Source: Candidatus Daviesbacteria bacterium (lineage in GTDB: Bacteria > Patescibacteriota > Microgenomatia > Daviesbacterales > UBA10151). Taken from it: a DNA stretch of 64,000 bases. Location: the NCBI GenBank assembly GCA_016187035.1, contig JACPKL010000012.1:8925-72924 (forward strand), in the 5' to 3' direction. A program made the translations under genes and the position numbers. Numbering within the stretch: the first letter of the stretch is position 1; each line of letters opens with the position of its first letter. Under the pieces are notes generated by a model. That model was not told the DNA's origin, made no database searches, and saw only the letters and a list, made by a program, of their open reading frames with translations. Below are positions 9,256 through 18,000 of the stretch, piece by piece.

Positions 9256-10446
9256 TTACCTTAAGCGAGCCAGCGACTCGAAGGGTGGCACCCTTGCTCG
9301 CATAGACCTTTTGAAATAGGCCCTGGGCAGTTTAAAGCTAAAGACAGACCCTTCTCCTTTGATGCTTTTCACCCAAATTTCACCCTGGTGTCTTTGAATG
9401 ATCTCATGGCAAATATGAAGACCTAATCCCAAACCGGAAAAGCTTTTGCGGATGGTATTGTTGACCTGATAAAAAGGTTCAAAGATTTTTTTGAAGTTTT
9501 TTTGGGCAATACCAATACCAAAATCCTGGATGGCAACAGTAATAAAATTACGGCCTCCTGTTAAGCTGACTATGATTTTGTCTGCTTTTGGTGAATATTT
9601 AATGGCATTGGAAATTAAATTCGTGAGGACCTGGCTAAGTCTGTATTTATCAGCAAAAACAGGCGCTGCTATGGCTTTTTCAAGCACAATCTTGTGAAGA
9701 GGTGAGATGGCTTGCAAGTCCTCAATTTGTTCTAAAAGCAAATTTTGCAGGTCAAATTTTTCTTTTTGCAATTCTAATTTGCCGCTTTGAATACAGGAAA
9801 CATCCAGCAAAGAGGCCACCAGAGAGTTTAATCTGTCCAGCTGATTTTCCATTTTAGATAAATAGGAAACCAGCTCCCCTTTGTCGGGAAAACGACGCAG
9901 GAGTATTTGGGAAAAACTTTTCAAGGTGGTTAAGGGAGTTTTCAGCTCATGTGAGGCAATACTGATAAACTTATCCCGGGCTTTAATAGCCTGCTCAAGG
10001 TGATGATAGATTCTGGCATTGGTAACATCCAGGGCAATTCTCACAGCTAATTCTTCTGCGGTGGTCAAATCATGACGGCTAAATTGTCTGCTGCGAGAAG
10101 AATTAATCAGGGTAAGGGCGCCGATTGTTTCTCCTTTGGTAACAAGCGGAACAATGATCATTCTTGGAACAAACTTTGCCTGGCCTGTTTTTAAAACTCT
10201 GCTGACTTGAAAAAAATGGGATTTTGGCACAATTTTAACTTGTTTAGGATCTTTCGAAGCTGAGCTGGTCAGCTGGATATTCTTGTTCTCATCAATCAGA
10301 TCTATGGCGCAACAGTCTGCTAAGTTTAAGACAATAAACTGGCTGATCTTGTTTAAACTGGGAGCCAGCTCCAGTTGCGAGGATAAGATTTTACTGGCCT
10401 CAGAGATTAATCTTAGATAGTTTTGATCTTTGGCTGTATTTGTCAT
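9256..10446 (-). CDS. GAF-containing sensor histidine kinase
   Basis: H-box SHELKTPL, N-box NLISNAIKYS, G-boxes DFGIG and GLGLGL. Confidence 0.92.
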   Translation of the reverse strand: MTNTAKDQNYLRLISEASKILSSQLELAPSLNKISQFIVLNLADCCAIDLIDENKNIQLTSSASKDPKQVKIVPKSHFFQVSRVLKTGQAKFVPRMIIVPLVTKGETIGALTLINSSRSRQFSRHDLTTAEELAVRIALDVTNARIYHHLEQAIKARDKFISIASHELKTPLTTLKSFSQILLRRFPDKGELVSYLSKMENQLDRLNSLVASLLDVSCIQSGKLELQKEKFDLQNLLLEQIEDLQAISPLHKIVLEKAIAAPVFADKYRLSQVLTNLISNAIKYSPKADKIIVSLTGGRNFITVAIQDFGIGIAQKNFKKIFEPFYQVNNTIRKSFSGLGLGLHICHEIIQRHQGEIWVKSIKGEGSVFSFKLPRAYFKRSMRARVPPFESLARLR

Positions 10447-10567
10447 AAAGAGAAGTTAATTCTAGGTGAAAAAAGATTAATTAATTAAGGAAAAGGGTAA
10501 TAAAGAGGTAAGAAAATCAAGGAGAGGCAGAACAGTATGCTATGTGCTGGCTTGGATTCAGTTTCTG

Positions 10568-12883
10568 CTACTCATACCTTAGTGCATTCAAGGCAGATAT
10601 CTTGGTAGCTCTTTTGGCAGGATAAATACCAGTGCCAATTCCAACAAGCAGGGAAAGGAAGATTACTGCCAAAACAAAGGTAAAGGGAATATATGAGACA
10701 TCCACAAACCCTACTCCTTTAAAGATGGCAAAAACAGATAAAATCACGCCCAGCAGTTTCCCCATCAGAAAGCCTAAGATAATACCGATGATCCCTCCAA
10801 AGAATCCCATGATCATAGATTCTGTTAAAAACAATTCCTGGACTTCTGAGGATTTCATTCCCATGGCTTTCATTAGTCCCACCTCCCTGGTTCTCTCAAG
10901 GAGTGATACTGTTAAAGTATTAAACATGCCAAGCGCTGCTACAGCCAGGGCTACCATGCCAAGTAAAGCCAGTATTGTCCTTAGAGTATTAAACAAGGAG
11001 TTGATTTGAGCCACAGTATCAGCAACAGAGCGGGTAGCATAACCCATGGCCTCAATCTGGCGTCTAGTTTTGGCAAGTGAGCCCTGGTCTTTAACTACTA
11101 CCTTAACCTGGGAATAGTTAGTTACTCCTAATGATCTTAAATCAACAAATGGTACATAAAATACAGGAGTTTTTTCATCAGGGGTAACCCCTAAAATAGT
11201 GTAATCTTCTGCCTGGGATTCTACTTTTTGTTGACTGTCATCAGTTAATTCTCCCAGTATTACAAATGAGGCAGAGAACTTCTTGCCTATGGCCTCATTT
11301 TCTTTAATGCCTAAGATTTTAAGCAAGCTGCGGTTGACAATAGCCTGTTTTTTAGCAGCAGAGGATAAAGTAACTGTTTTGGCTTCAGGTGTTTTAATAA
11401 CCCCTGATTCTGAGGCAATCTCCACAAAATCTAAATTAGCAGAACCAGAGGCATCTGTTTGAGTGGAGGTGACACCCAATACTTTAGCAGAGTTTAGGCT
11501 AGATGGTTTGACAGTAGTATCTTTAAATACCAGGTTCATCCTGGCAATATATCCTTTTTTCTGGGTCTGGGAATTATCTGGTTCCCTTAAAACTTTATAC
11601 CTGCCTGCCTCACAATCTCCTTTTTCTTTGTCACAGCTTTCCTGTTTCCAAAGCAGCACATCTGCTTTAATCCAAATACCCAAAGGTTTGCCATCACTAT
11701 CTGCTCCCGCTTTGCCATCATTAGAATCAGATAAATATGTCCCTCCCCAGACTTTTTCTCCCTGGTATTTTCCTTCCACTCTTTTGGTATAGCCTAGGAT
11801 TTTAGCAGCAGCAGAGGGAGATTCTCTGACCCTGATCCATTCATTAGGGTTAATGCTAAACTCCACATCAGCAATTTTGTCACCTATATTGTTCGAAGCC
11901 GAAGGCTGAGAACTATCAGTGCTTACTCCCAATACCTGATCCTTTCTGTCTGGCACAACCATTGACAGTTCATTTGAGTCAAAGATCTTCCCCTCCACAG
12001 GTTTTATCGCAGATTGTTTTAAATAATCAGAAGTTACCCCGTAAACTGCCGTATCAGACACTGAAGATTGGTAGCTGATTCTGCCTACCACAGCAATTAA
12101 TGGTAAAGCCATGCCAACTTCGGGGATATCTTTTAAACTGTTTAAGGTTTTATCATTAATTTTTACCTTAGAGCCTGATTGGGGAGAAACATCAGTCTGC
12201 CTCATTTCATCAAGCCTGGCTACCCTGGTTATTACTAACTGCTGGAGCCCATAACCAATGGAAACCAAAAAGACTATTGCTCCAATACCAATGGCCATGC
12301 CTCCCACAGTTACCATGCTTCTGACCTTTTTAGTCTGCATATTCCTGATAGACAGCTCTATTAAATCCAGCCTGGAGATGGAATTTTGCTGAGTATTATT
12401 TAGAAAACTTACAGCTCTGGTATAAAACTTGGCCCAGGCAGGATGGAATTTTAAATTCAGCCTATCTGTCATTCCCGCGCGACGCTTCGAAGAAGCTAGT
12501 CCCCTTGTGGGGAAAGCGGGAATCCACCTCAACCTGCTTAATTTAAGGACTATCTGGGTATCTATTAGATAGAGACTTAACAGTAAGGCAAAGCTTAAAA
12601 AATGCCAGAAGGTATGTTTAAACAGTAACCAGGTTGCTTTAAGGGAGGCTCTGGTGAGTTTGTGGGTGATTAAGAACTTACCTGAACTGATAATCCAAAG
12701 AGCCAGTTTAACAAGCAGTTTACCAACCCCTTTTGTCATTCCGAGCCCTTCGACTTTGCTCAGGACAGGCTCCGTCGAGGAATCTCCAGATTGCCGCGTC
12801 GCTTCGCTCCTCGCAATGACAGCGGGTCTAGCTTGCCCAGCGACAGGGTTTAGTTTTCTAAAAAACCTTGATCTTTTAATCAT
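10568..12883 (-). CDS. MacB/FtsX-type ABC transporter permease with an inserted SH3-like segment
   Basis: SLLERTREVGLMKAMG, PAKRATKISALNALRYE; WIRVRESPS SH3-like motif; N-terminal extension carries repeats. Confidence 0.85.
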   Translation of the reverse strand: MIKRSRFFRKLNPVAGQARPAVIARSEATRQSGDSSTEPVLSKVEGLGMTKGVGKLLVKLALWIISSGKFLITHKLTRASLKATWLLFKHTFWHFLSFALLLSLYLIDTQIVLKLSRLRWIPAFPTRGLASSKRRAGMTDRLNLKFHPAWAKFYTRAVSFLNNTQQNSISRLDLIELSIRNMQTKKVRSMVTVGGMAIGIGAIVFLVSIGYGLQQLVITRVARLDEMRQTDVSPQSGSKVKINDKTLNSLKDIPEVGMALPLIAVVGRISYQSSVSDTAVYGVTSDYLKQSAIKPVEGKIFDSNELSMVVPDRKDQVLGVSTDSSQPSASNNIGDKIADVEFSINPNEWIRVRESPSAAAKILGYTKRVEGKYQGEKVWGGTYLSDSNDGKAGADSDGKPLGIWIKADVLLWKQESCDKEKGDCEAGRYKVLREPDNSQTQKKGYIARMNLVFKDTTVKPSSLNSAKVLGVTSTQTDASGSANLDFVEIASESGVIKTPEAKTVTLSSAAKKQAIVNRSLLKILGIKENEAIGKKFSASFVILGELTDDSQQKVESQAEDYTILGVTPDEKTPVFYVPFVDLRSLGVTNYSQVKVVVKDQGSLAKTRRQIEAMGYATRSVADTVAQINSLFNTLRTILALLGMVALAVAALGMFNTLTVSLLERTREVGLMKAMGMKSSEVQELFLTESMIMGFFGGIIGIILGFLMGKLLGVILSVFAIFKGVGFVDVSYIPFTFVLAVIFLSLLVGIGTGIYPAKRATKISALNALRYE
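12467..12526. repeat. TGTCAT-tagged palindromic repeat (family A) inside permease ORF
   Basis: 56/60 identical to reverse complement of 22291-22350. Confidence 0.85.
12734..12821. repeat. family A palindromic repeat dimer inside permease ORF
   Basis: TGTCATTCCGAG...GGAATCT + AGATTGC...CTCGCAATGACA. Confidence 0.85.
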
Positions 12884-12901
12884 AATATATACTATCGGTT
12901 A

Positions 12902-12987
12902 TTGACAAATTAAACATTGTTTGTTAGTATTTATTCATAAACTTGTAGGGATGGGTGCATGCACCGGTTCAGACAAGTTTTTTGTTT
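12902..12987 (+). ncRNA. candidate DUF3800-associated small RNA unit
   Basis: TTGACA-17nt-TAGTAT (12902-12930); AAACTTGT/ACAAGTTT stem with inner GGTGCATGCACC; T-tract. Confidence 0.55.
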
Positions 12988-13598
12988 ATGAACTTTCTTT
13001 TAGCTTCAACCCAATTTATCCTTTTCTCGCTAATAATTTGACCTGCAAGCATTTTATAGTACTTATCATTCTTCCCTGTTTCATTTGCCAAAACAGCTCC
13101 TGCTATCATATCTGCAACATTAACCCGTTTTACCTCTTTACTGTCAACATGATGGATAACTGGTAATTTTGGAAGCAGTTGCCTTAAGGATTTATCAAAT
13201 TGCAGAGTGTCATAATCCCTGGAAAAATGACGGTCAAAAATAATTTCCTTAATATCCTGATAAAAACTGAATACGTCGTTTAAAAGCAGCCAACAAAGCA
13301 GGGCAAAGTGTTCTGGCGTATCAGGTATTTTCCTGCCCATTTTTTCAACTTCTAAAATGAAGATTTCAAAATCCTCTTTGGTAATTTTTTCAAAGAATAA
13401 TTGTTTTGTTTTATCTCCGGCAGTATAAAATTTGAGTTCTCCTGTTTGCTTTCTGATATCTCCCTTTTTCTTGAGTGTTTTAAATAGCTGGTCTATAACT
13501 ACAGGAGTATTTGTCGAAACAGCAGCAATCACAATTACTTTATCTTTTACATCAGGCAGTGTGCCTGATTCATCAATAAAAATAGTAAATTTATCCAT
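12969..13598 (-). CDS. DUF3800 family protein (RNase H-like fold)
   Basis: IFIDESG N-terminal motif and HVDSK....VADMIAGAV C-terminal motif. Confidence 0.8.
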   Translation of the reverse strand: MDKFTIFIDESGTLPDVKDKVIVIAAVSTNTPVVIDQLFKTLKKKGDIRKQTGELKFYTAGDKTKQLFFEKITKEDFEIFILEVEKMGRKIPDTPEHFALLCWLLLNDVFSFYQDIKEIIFDRHFSRDYDTLQFDKSLRQLLPKLPVIHHVDSKEVKRVNVADMIAGAVLANETGKNDKYYKMLAGQIISEKRINWVEAKRKFINKKLV

Positions 13599-13642
13599 AT
13601 CTTAATCTTAAATATCTCAAATTTATGATGTTAAATCAAAAC

Positions 13643-14587
13643 TCATCCCTTTACCCCTGCCCCTTTAGGCAAATGGTCTCCATCTCCTCTTTTAATATCT
13701 ATGGTTTTTAGTAATTTCTCTTTATCACGATTTCCAAACTTTTTAATAACAGTCCCGTCAAACATCTGTAAGGCTTCCTTGGCATATTTTAGGTATTCCA
13801 AATCATGGGTAACCATAATAATGGTTTTACCCTTTTCCTTTGTCATCCCCGACCCGATCGGGGATCCACTGTTATTTGTATGGATTCCCGCCTGCGCGGG
13901 AATGACAGAAGAAGGCGTAGGGCGGTTTAACCTGACCAGAAGTTCCATTAACTCCTGGCCGGACTCAAAGTCCAAGTTTCCTGTTGGCTCATCTGCAATA
14001 AGTACCTGGGGACTGGTAATTAAAGCCCGGGCTAGCGCAATTCTTTGCTGCTGGCCAGAGGATAATTCTGAGGTTTGGTAGTTAGCCCAGTTAGCCATGC
14101 CAATGCTTTGCAAAATCTGTCCTGCTTTTTGAATACCGGTTATTTTATCTTCTCCCAGTAAAGACAAAGGGAAAGCCACATTTTCAATCACAGTTAAAGC
14201 TTTAATCCAGTTTGGCTGCTGGTAAACCATGCCTACATGCTCTTTCCTAAATTGGGACCTGTCATCCTCACTTGTCATTCTGTCATCCTGGCTTGTCCAG
14301 GATCTGATTCTGGAGTCCTCCTCCACGTTTCGCTCTGAGTCGTCCCCAGAATGACGTGAGGTATGGTACAAGTCTTTATCTAAAAATACCACTGTGCCGG
14401 TAGTTGGTTCTTCCAGTCCTAAGATGGTATGAAGAAGGGTTGATTTGCCACAGCCTGATGGCCCAAAGATAATTAAGAAATCCCCCTGGTAAACCTCAAA
14501 AGAGATATCCTTTAATATCTCTACCTGCTGTACTCCCACAGTAAATGATTTAGATAAATTCTTAACTTGTATAACTGTGCTGCTCAT
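13643..14587 (-). CDS. MacB/LolD-type ABC ATPase with two repeat-derived in-frame insertions
   Basis: Walker [29 protein letters not shown]; two inserts relative to paralog 52815-53480. Confidence 0.9.
   Translation of the reverse strand: MSSTVIQVKNLSKSFTVGVQQVEILKDISFEVYQGDFLIIFGPSGCGKSTLLHTILGLEEPTTGTVVFLDKDLYHTSRHSGDDSERNVEEDSRIRSWTSQDDRMTSEDDRSQFRKEHVGMVYQQPNWIKALTVIENVAFPLSLLGEDKITGIQKAGQILQSIGMANWANYQTSELSSGQQQRIALARALITSPQVLIADEPTGNLDFESGQELMELLVRLNRPTPSSVIPAQAGIHTNNSGSPIGSGMTKEKGKTIIMVTHDLEYLKYAKEALQMFDGTVIKKFGNRDKEKLLKTIDIKRGDGDHLPKGAGVKG
13841..13907. repeat. family A repeat dimer in frame in ABC ATPase
   Basis: TGTCATCCCCGACCCGATCGGGGATCCA...TGGATTCCCGCCTGCGCGGGAATGACA. Confidence 0.9.
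14281..14356. repeat. family A repeat dimer in frame in ABC ATPase
   Basis: TGTCATCCTGGCTTGTCCAGGATCT + GATTCTGG...CCAGAATGACG. Confidence 0.85.
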
Positions 14588-14595
14588 ATGTCCTT

Positions 14596-14970
14596 TGTCA
14601 TTGCGAGGTCGCTCAAAGCGACCGTGGCAATCTCATTTAATAATTTCTTCATACAAATCATTAAAACCAGGATTTATCTTTCTTACCAAATCAACTTTCT
14701 TTTTACGCGGGCCTGCTTTTATTTGTTTTTCTCTTGTTATGGCTTCGTTAATATCATTAAATATTTCATAATAAACAAGTTTAACTACGTTATACTTTGA
14801 GGTAAAACCAGATACCATCTTTTGTTTGTGTTCATACATACGTCTTATTAAATTATTTGTTACACCTGTATAGAGCACAGTGTTCATTTTATTTGTGGCA
14901 ATGTATACATAGTATTGTTTTGACTGCATAAAACAATTATAGAGATTGCTTCGCTATGCTCGCAATGACA
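14596..14970. mobile_element. GIY-YIG gene bracketed by inverted family A palindromes
   Basis: TGTCATTGCGAG..GCAATCTC (14596-14634) and GAGATTGC..CTCGCAATGACA (14942-14970). Confidence 0.6.
14633..14929 (-). CDS. GIY-YIG nuclease (UPF0213-like)
   Basis: YYVYI...LYTGVTNNLIRRMYEHK and AITREKQIK motifs. Confidence 0.92.
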   Translation of the reverse strand: MQSKQYYVYIATNKMNTVLYTGVTNNLIRRMYEHKQKMVSGFTSKYNVVKLVYYEIFNDINEAITREKQIKAGPRKKKVDLVRKINPGFNDLYEEIIK

Positions 14971-15053
14971 GAAAAACTCTCCCCAGAATGACGAAACCCA
15001 TACCCGGAATGACCGGAACCCGAACGTCATCTTTACCAGAATGACGCTTTGCG

Positions 15054-18000
15054 TCATTTCCCTATTCCTCCCAAAAACCCAAAAGCTTCCTGTAAGTTGG
15101 TGATTACTAAATTTAAGGCATTCTCTGTAGCCTTTGGAGTAATAGTGACAGTATCAATGGAGTTACCTAGATTCCCTGCTTTATCTTTGGAAATTGCCCT
15201 AAGGTGATAAACTTTAGATGGGGTTAAATTAGAAATAATTACCAGATGGTTAAAGGTTAAATTACTATCTTCCTGGGTTTTTTGGGCATAACTTACTCCT
15301 GTCCCTTCCCCAAACTCTACTTGGGTGGTAGAGGGTTCATCACTATTCCAGGAAACAACCAGTTGGGCTGTTTGTTCCTGGGCAGTGCCTGAGACAGGTG
15401 GGATGTTTGATCCTTCAACATTAAGATCTGAGATGGCCGGTGGTCTGGTATCTGTGGCTGTGGTTAACCTTTGGGAATCAGAGCTTGCTTCATTGCCTAT
15501 CTTATCCCTGCCTTTAACTACCAATATATAATCTGTCTGGGGCAGTAAGCTTCTGACAATCATCTTATGTTCACCTTTGGTCAAGGCTACATTTACCTCA
15601 TCCCTGGCATCTTGTGGTTTTCCTTCTGGATAGTAAGTGACAATAGAGGAAACTTCTGTATTGGTAGTCCAGGAAACCAGGATGGTGGACTGGGCAGTAT
15701 TGGCCACCTGCTGGATCCTCACCCCTGATATTTTTGGCCTGGGAAGAGTGGTAAAGTCCAACACTGTCCCTTCATATTCAGAATTATCTGAATCAAAAGT
15801 ATTGATCTTGTAATAATACTTTGCTCCATCATCTAAACCTGTTAATTCTGCTGTATAAGTGGTCTCAGAGGTTGAGGTGGAGATTTCCTTGGATCCTCCA
15901 AATGAGGTAGTCTTGCCATAGTATATTTTAACTTTACTGGCATCTTTGGAAGTAAACTGGATTATTCCTGAAGTTAAACCGATGTTTTTGGCAGAAACAT
16001 CTTTAACAGTTGGTGCAGAAGAAGTAGCAAAGGATTTCTCATCAGATGTTCCGGTATTACCATCCTCATCAGTCCATTTAGCTTTGTAGTAATAGGTGGT
16101 ACCGGCTGTTAATCCTGTTAGCTGGATAGAATGGGAAGAGACCTGGTCAGAGTTGGATGGTTCAACACTTCCATAGCTTCCACTGGTTGTCCCATACTGG
16201 ATCTTGGAATCAGCACTCCTGGAAGTTGTCCAGGTGATAGTAGACTTTTTGGTAGTAATACTGCCTGCAGATGGCCCGGTAGAAAGTGTTGGAGCAGAAG
16301 TCCATTTGCCTGTTGGAGTAATGGATACAGCATTAGTACCTGAAGAATCAGCAGAGGCTCCGTCCCTGGTATATATTTTGTAGTAATATTTGGCAGATGA
16401 AGGGGTATTGTCTACATAAGACAAGCCTGTTGTGGTGCCTGTCAAAGAAAATGTGCTATTGTCTGTTGAGCGGTAAACTCTGTAGGTTAAATTCCCTGCT
16501 CCCTGGTAAGTTGGTGCTGTCCAGGTTAAAGTGGCATTCCAGGTAGAGGTGGATTTAATGGATGAATCAGAAGCCACTAAGTTGCCTACATTATCAGGGT
16601 CTGTAGAGTTTAAGGTAAAAGTGCCGGTAATGTAGTTGGAAGGTGAATAATTAGGGGTAGAGGCATTATCAACTGCTACCACATATACAGTATTACTGCC
16701 TTTGTTAACACTGGCTAAGGCAGCAGCAGAGACAGTCCTGGTAGTACCGTTATCAATATATGTGGAAGTGTTGCCGGTGATAGTGGCATAAGTAGAAGGC
16801 GGGGCAGTGTTAATCATATAGTAATAATGGGCAACTGTTTGGCCGGAAGTTGGTGTAGCTGCAGGCCAGCTCAAAGCGTAAGAGTTGGAGGTAGAAGTGC
16901 TTGGGGTTACAGTAACCGTATCTGTTCCTAGAAAGCTGGGAGCTGCCCCGCCGTAGGAGATATTACAGGTCCTGATAGTCCCGTCTGACGAAGTATTTCC
17001 GGCAATATCTGCTGTCCTAAAGTAGATGACATTAGTCCCTGAGACAATTGATGAGTTATCCTGGGCCACTGTTAAAGTCCTAGACGTTGCAGAGGTGGGC
17101 ATGTAAGTTAAGCCTGTGGCAGTATCAGTGGTAGTGCCTAACCATGTTCCACTTGTTGAGTTAATCTGGTACTGCCAGCCCAACAGATTAGAATTACTAT
17201 CAGAGGAGGCAGAGCTTCCTGAGGTTGGCCAGTTAAAGCTCATATCAACTACATTGGAAAAGTTACCAGAAGCACAGGAAATATATGTGGTATTGGTTGG
17301 GGCAGTATTGTCAAATTTAAACTGGAAAGAAGCAGAGGTGGCAAACAAATTGCCGGAGTTATCAATAGCTTTAATGTTTAAGTAGTAGGGGGAGCTTGAG
17401 GTAGACAGCCAGGTGGAACCACGATATGAGGTAGTAGCAAAATCAATGGAGGTTGAGGAGGTGATAAACTGGCAGGTGGTGCCTGATGTTGAGACAATGG
17501 TCGTACCCAGCAGTCCTTTAGACGTTGCCGGATCACCATCTGAATCTGCTCCTAAATACAAACAATACCCTTTTAACCCACTACCACCTGAATTATCTGC
17601 CCCGGCTGTCCAGGAAAAATATGGTGATGAATTATTAGTCCAGCCATTGGAAGCAACAGTTGTCCCTCCGTTTGACCTGGTCATGGCAATTGAGGAGGCA
17701 TTAGTCGCTGGTACTGTAGTATCTGTAGTTAAGCCAATACTGATATTAGGAAGTAAAGGAGTATCTGCTCCGCCAAAAGCTAAAATTGCCTTAACCGAGA
17801 TCTTTTGGGAAGTAATAGATAATGCCTGCATGGCTGCCTGGGTTAACTGGGCAGGAGTATTGGTATATGTAGAAGTAGCATCTGTAGCATTAGCCCAGGC
17901 ACCAGCAGTATAGTACTGCCACCTTGAACCTGTGGTATATGAACAAGAAGAACCATCATCCAAACATATCTGGTAAGTAATTGAGGCATTGCCCGAGTGG

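Noticed and set aside
14942..15060. GAATGAC repeats as a CRISPR array
   Set aside because: Irregular, short, mixed orientation, no cas genes; they are decayed family A ends. No CRISPR array seen in the window.
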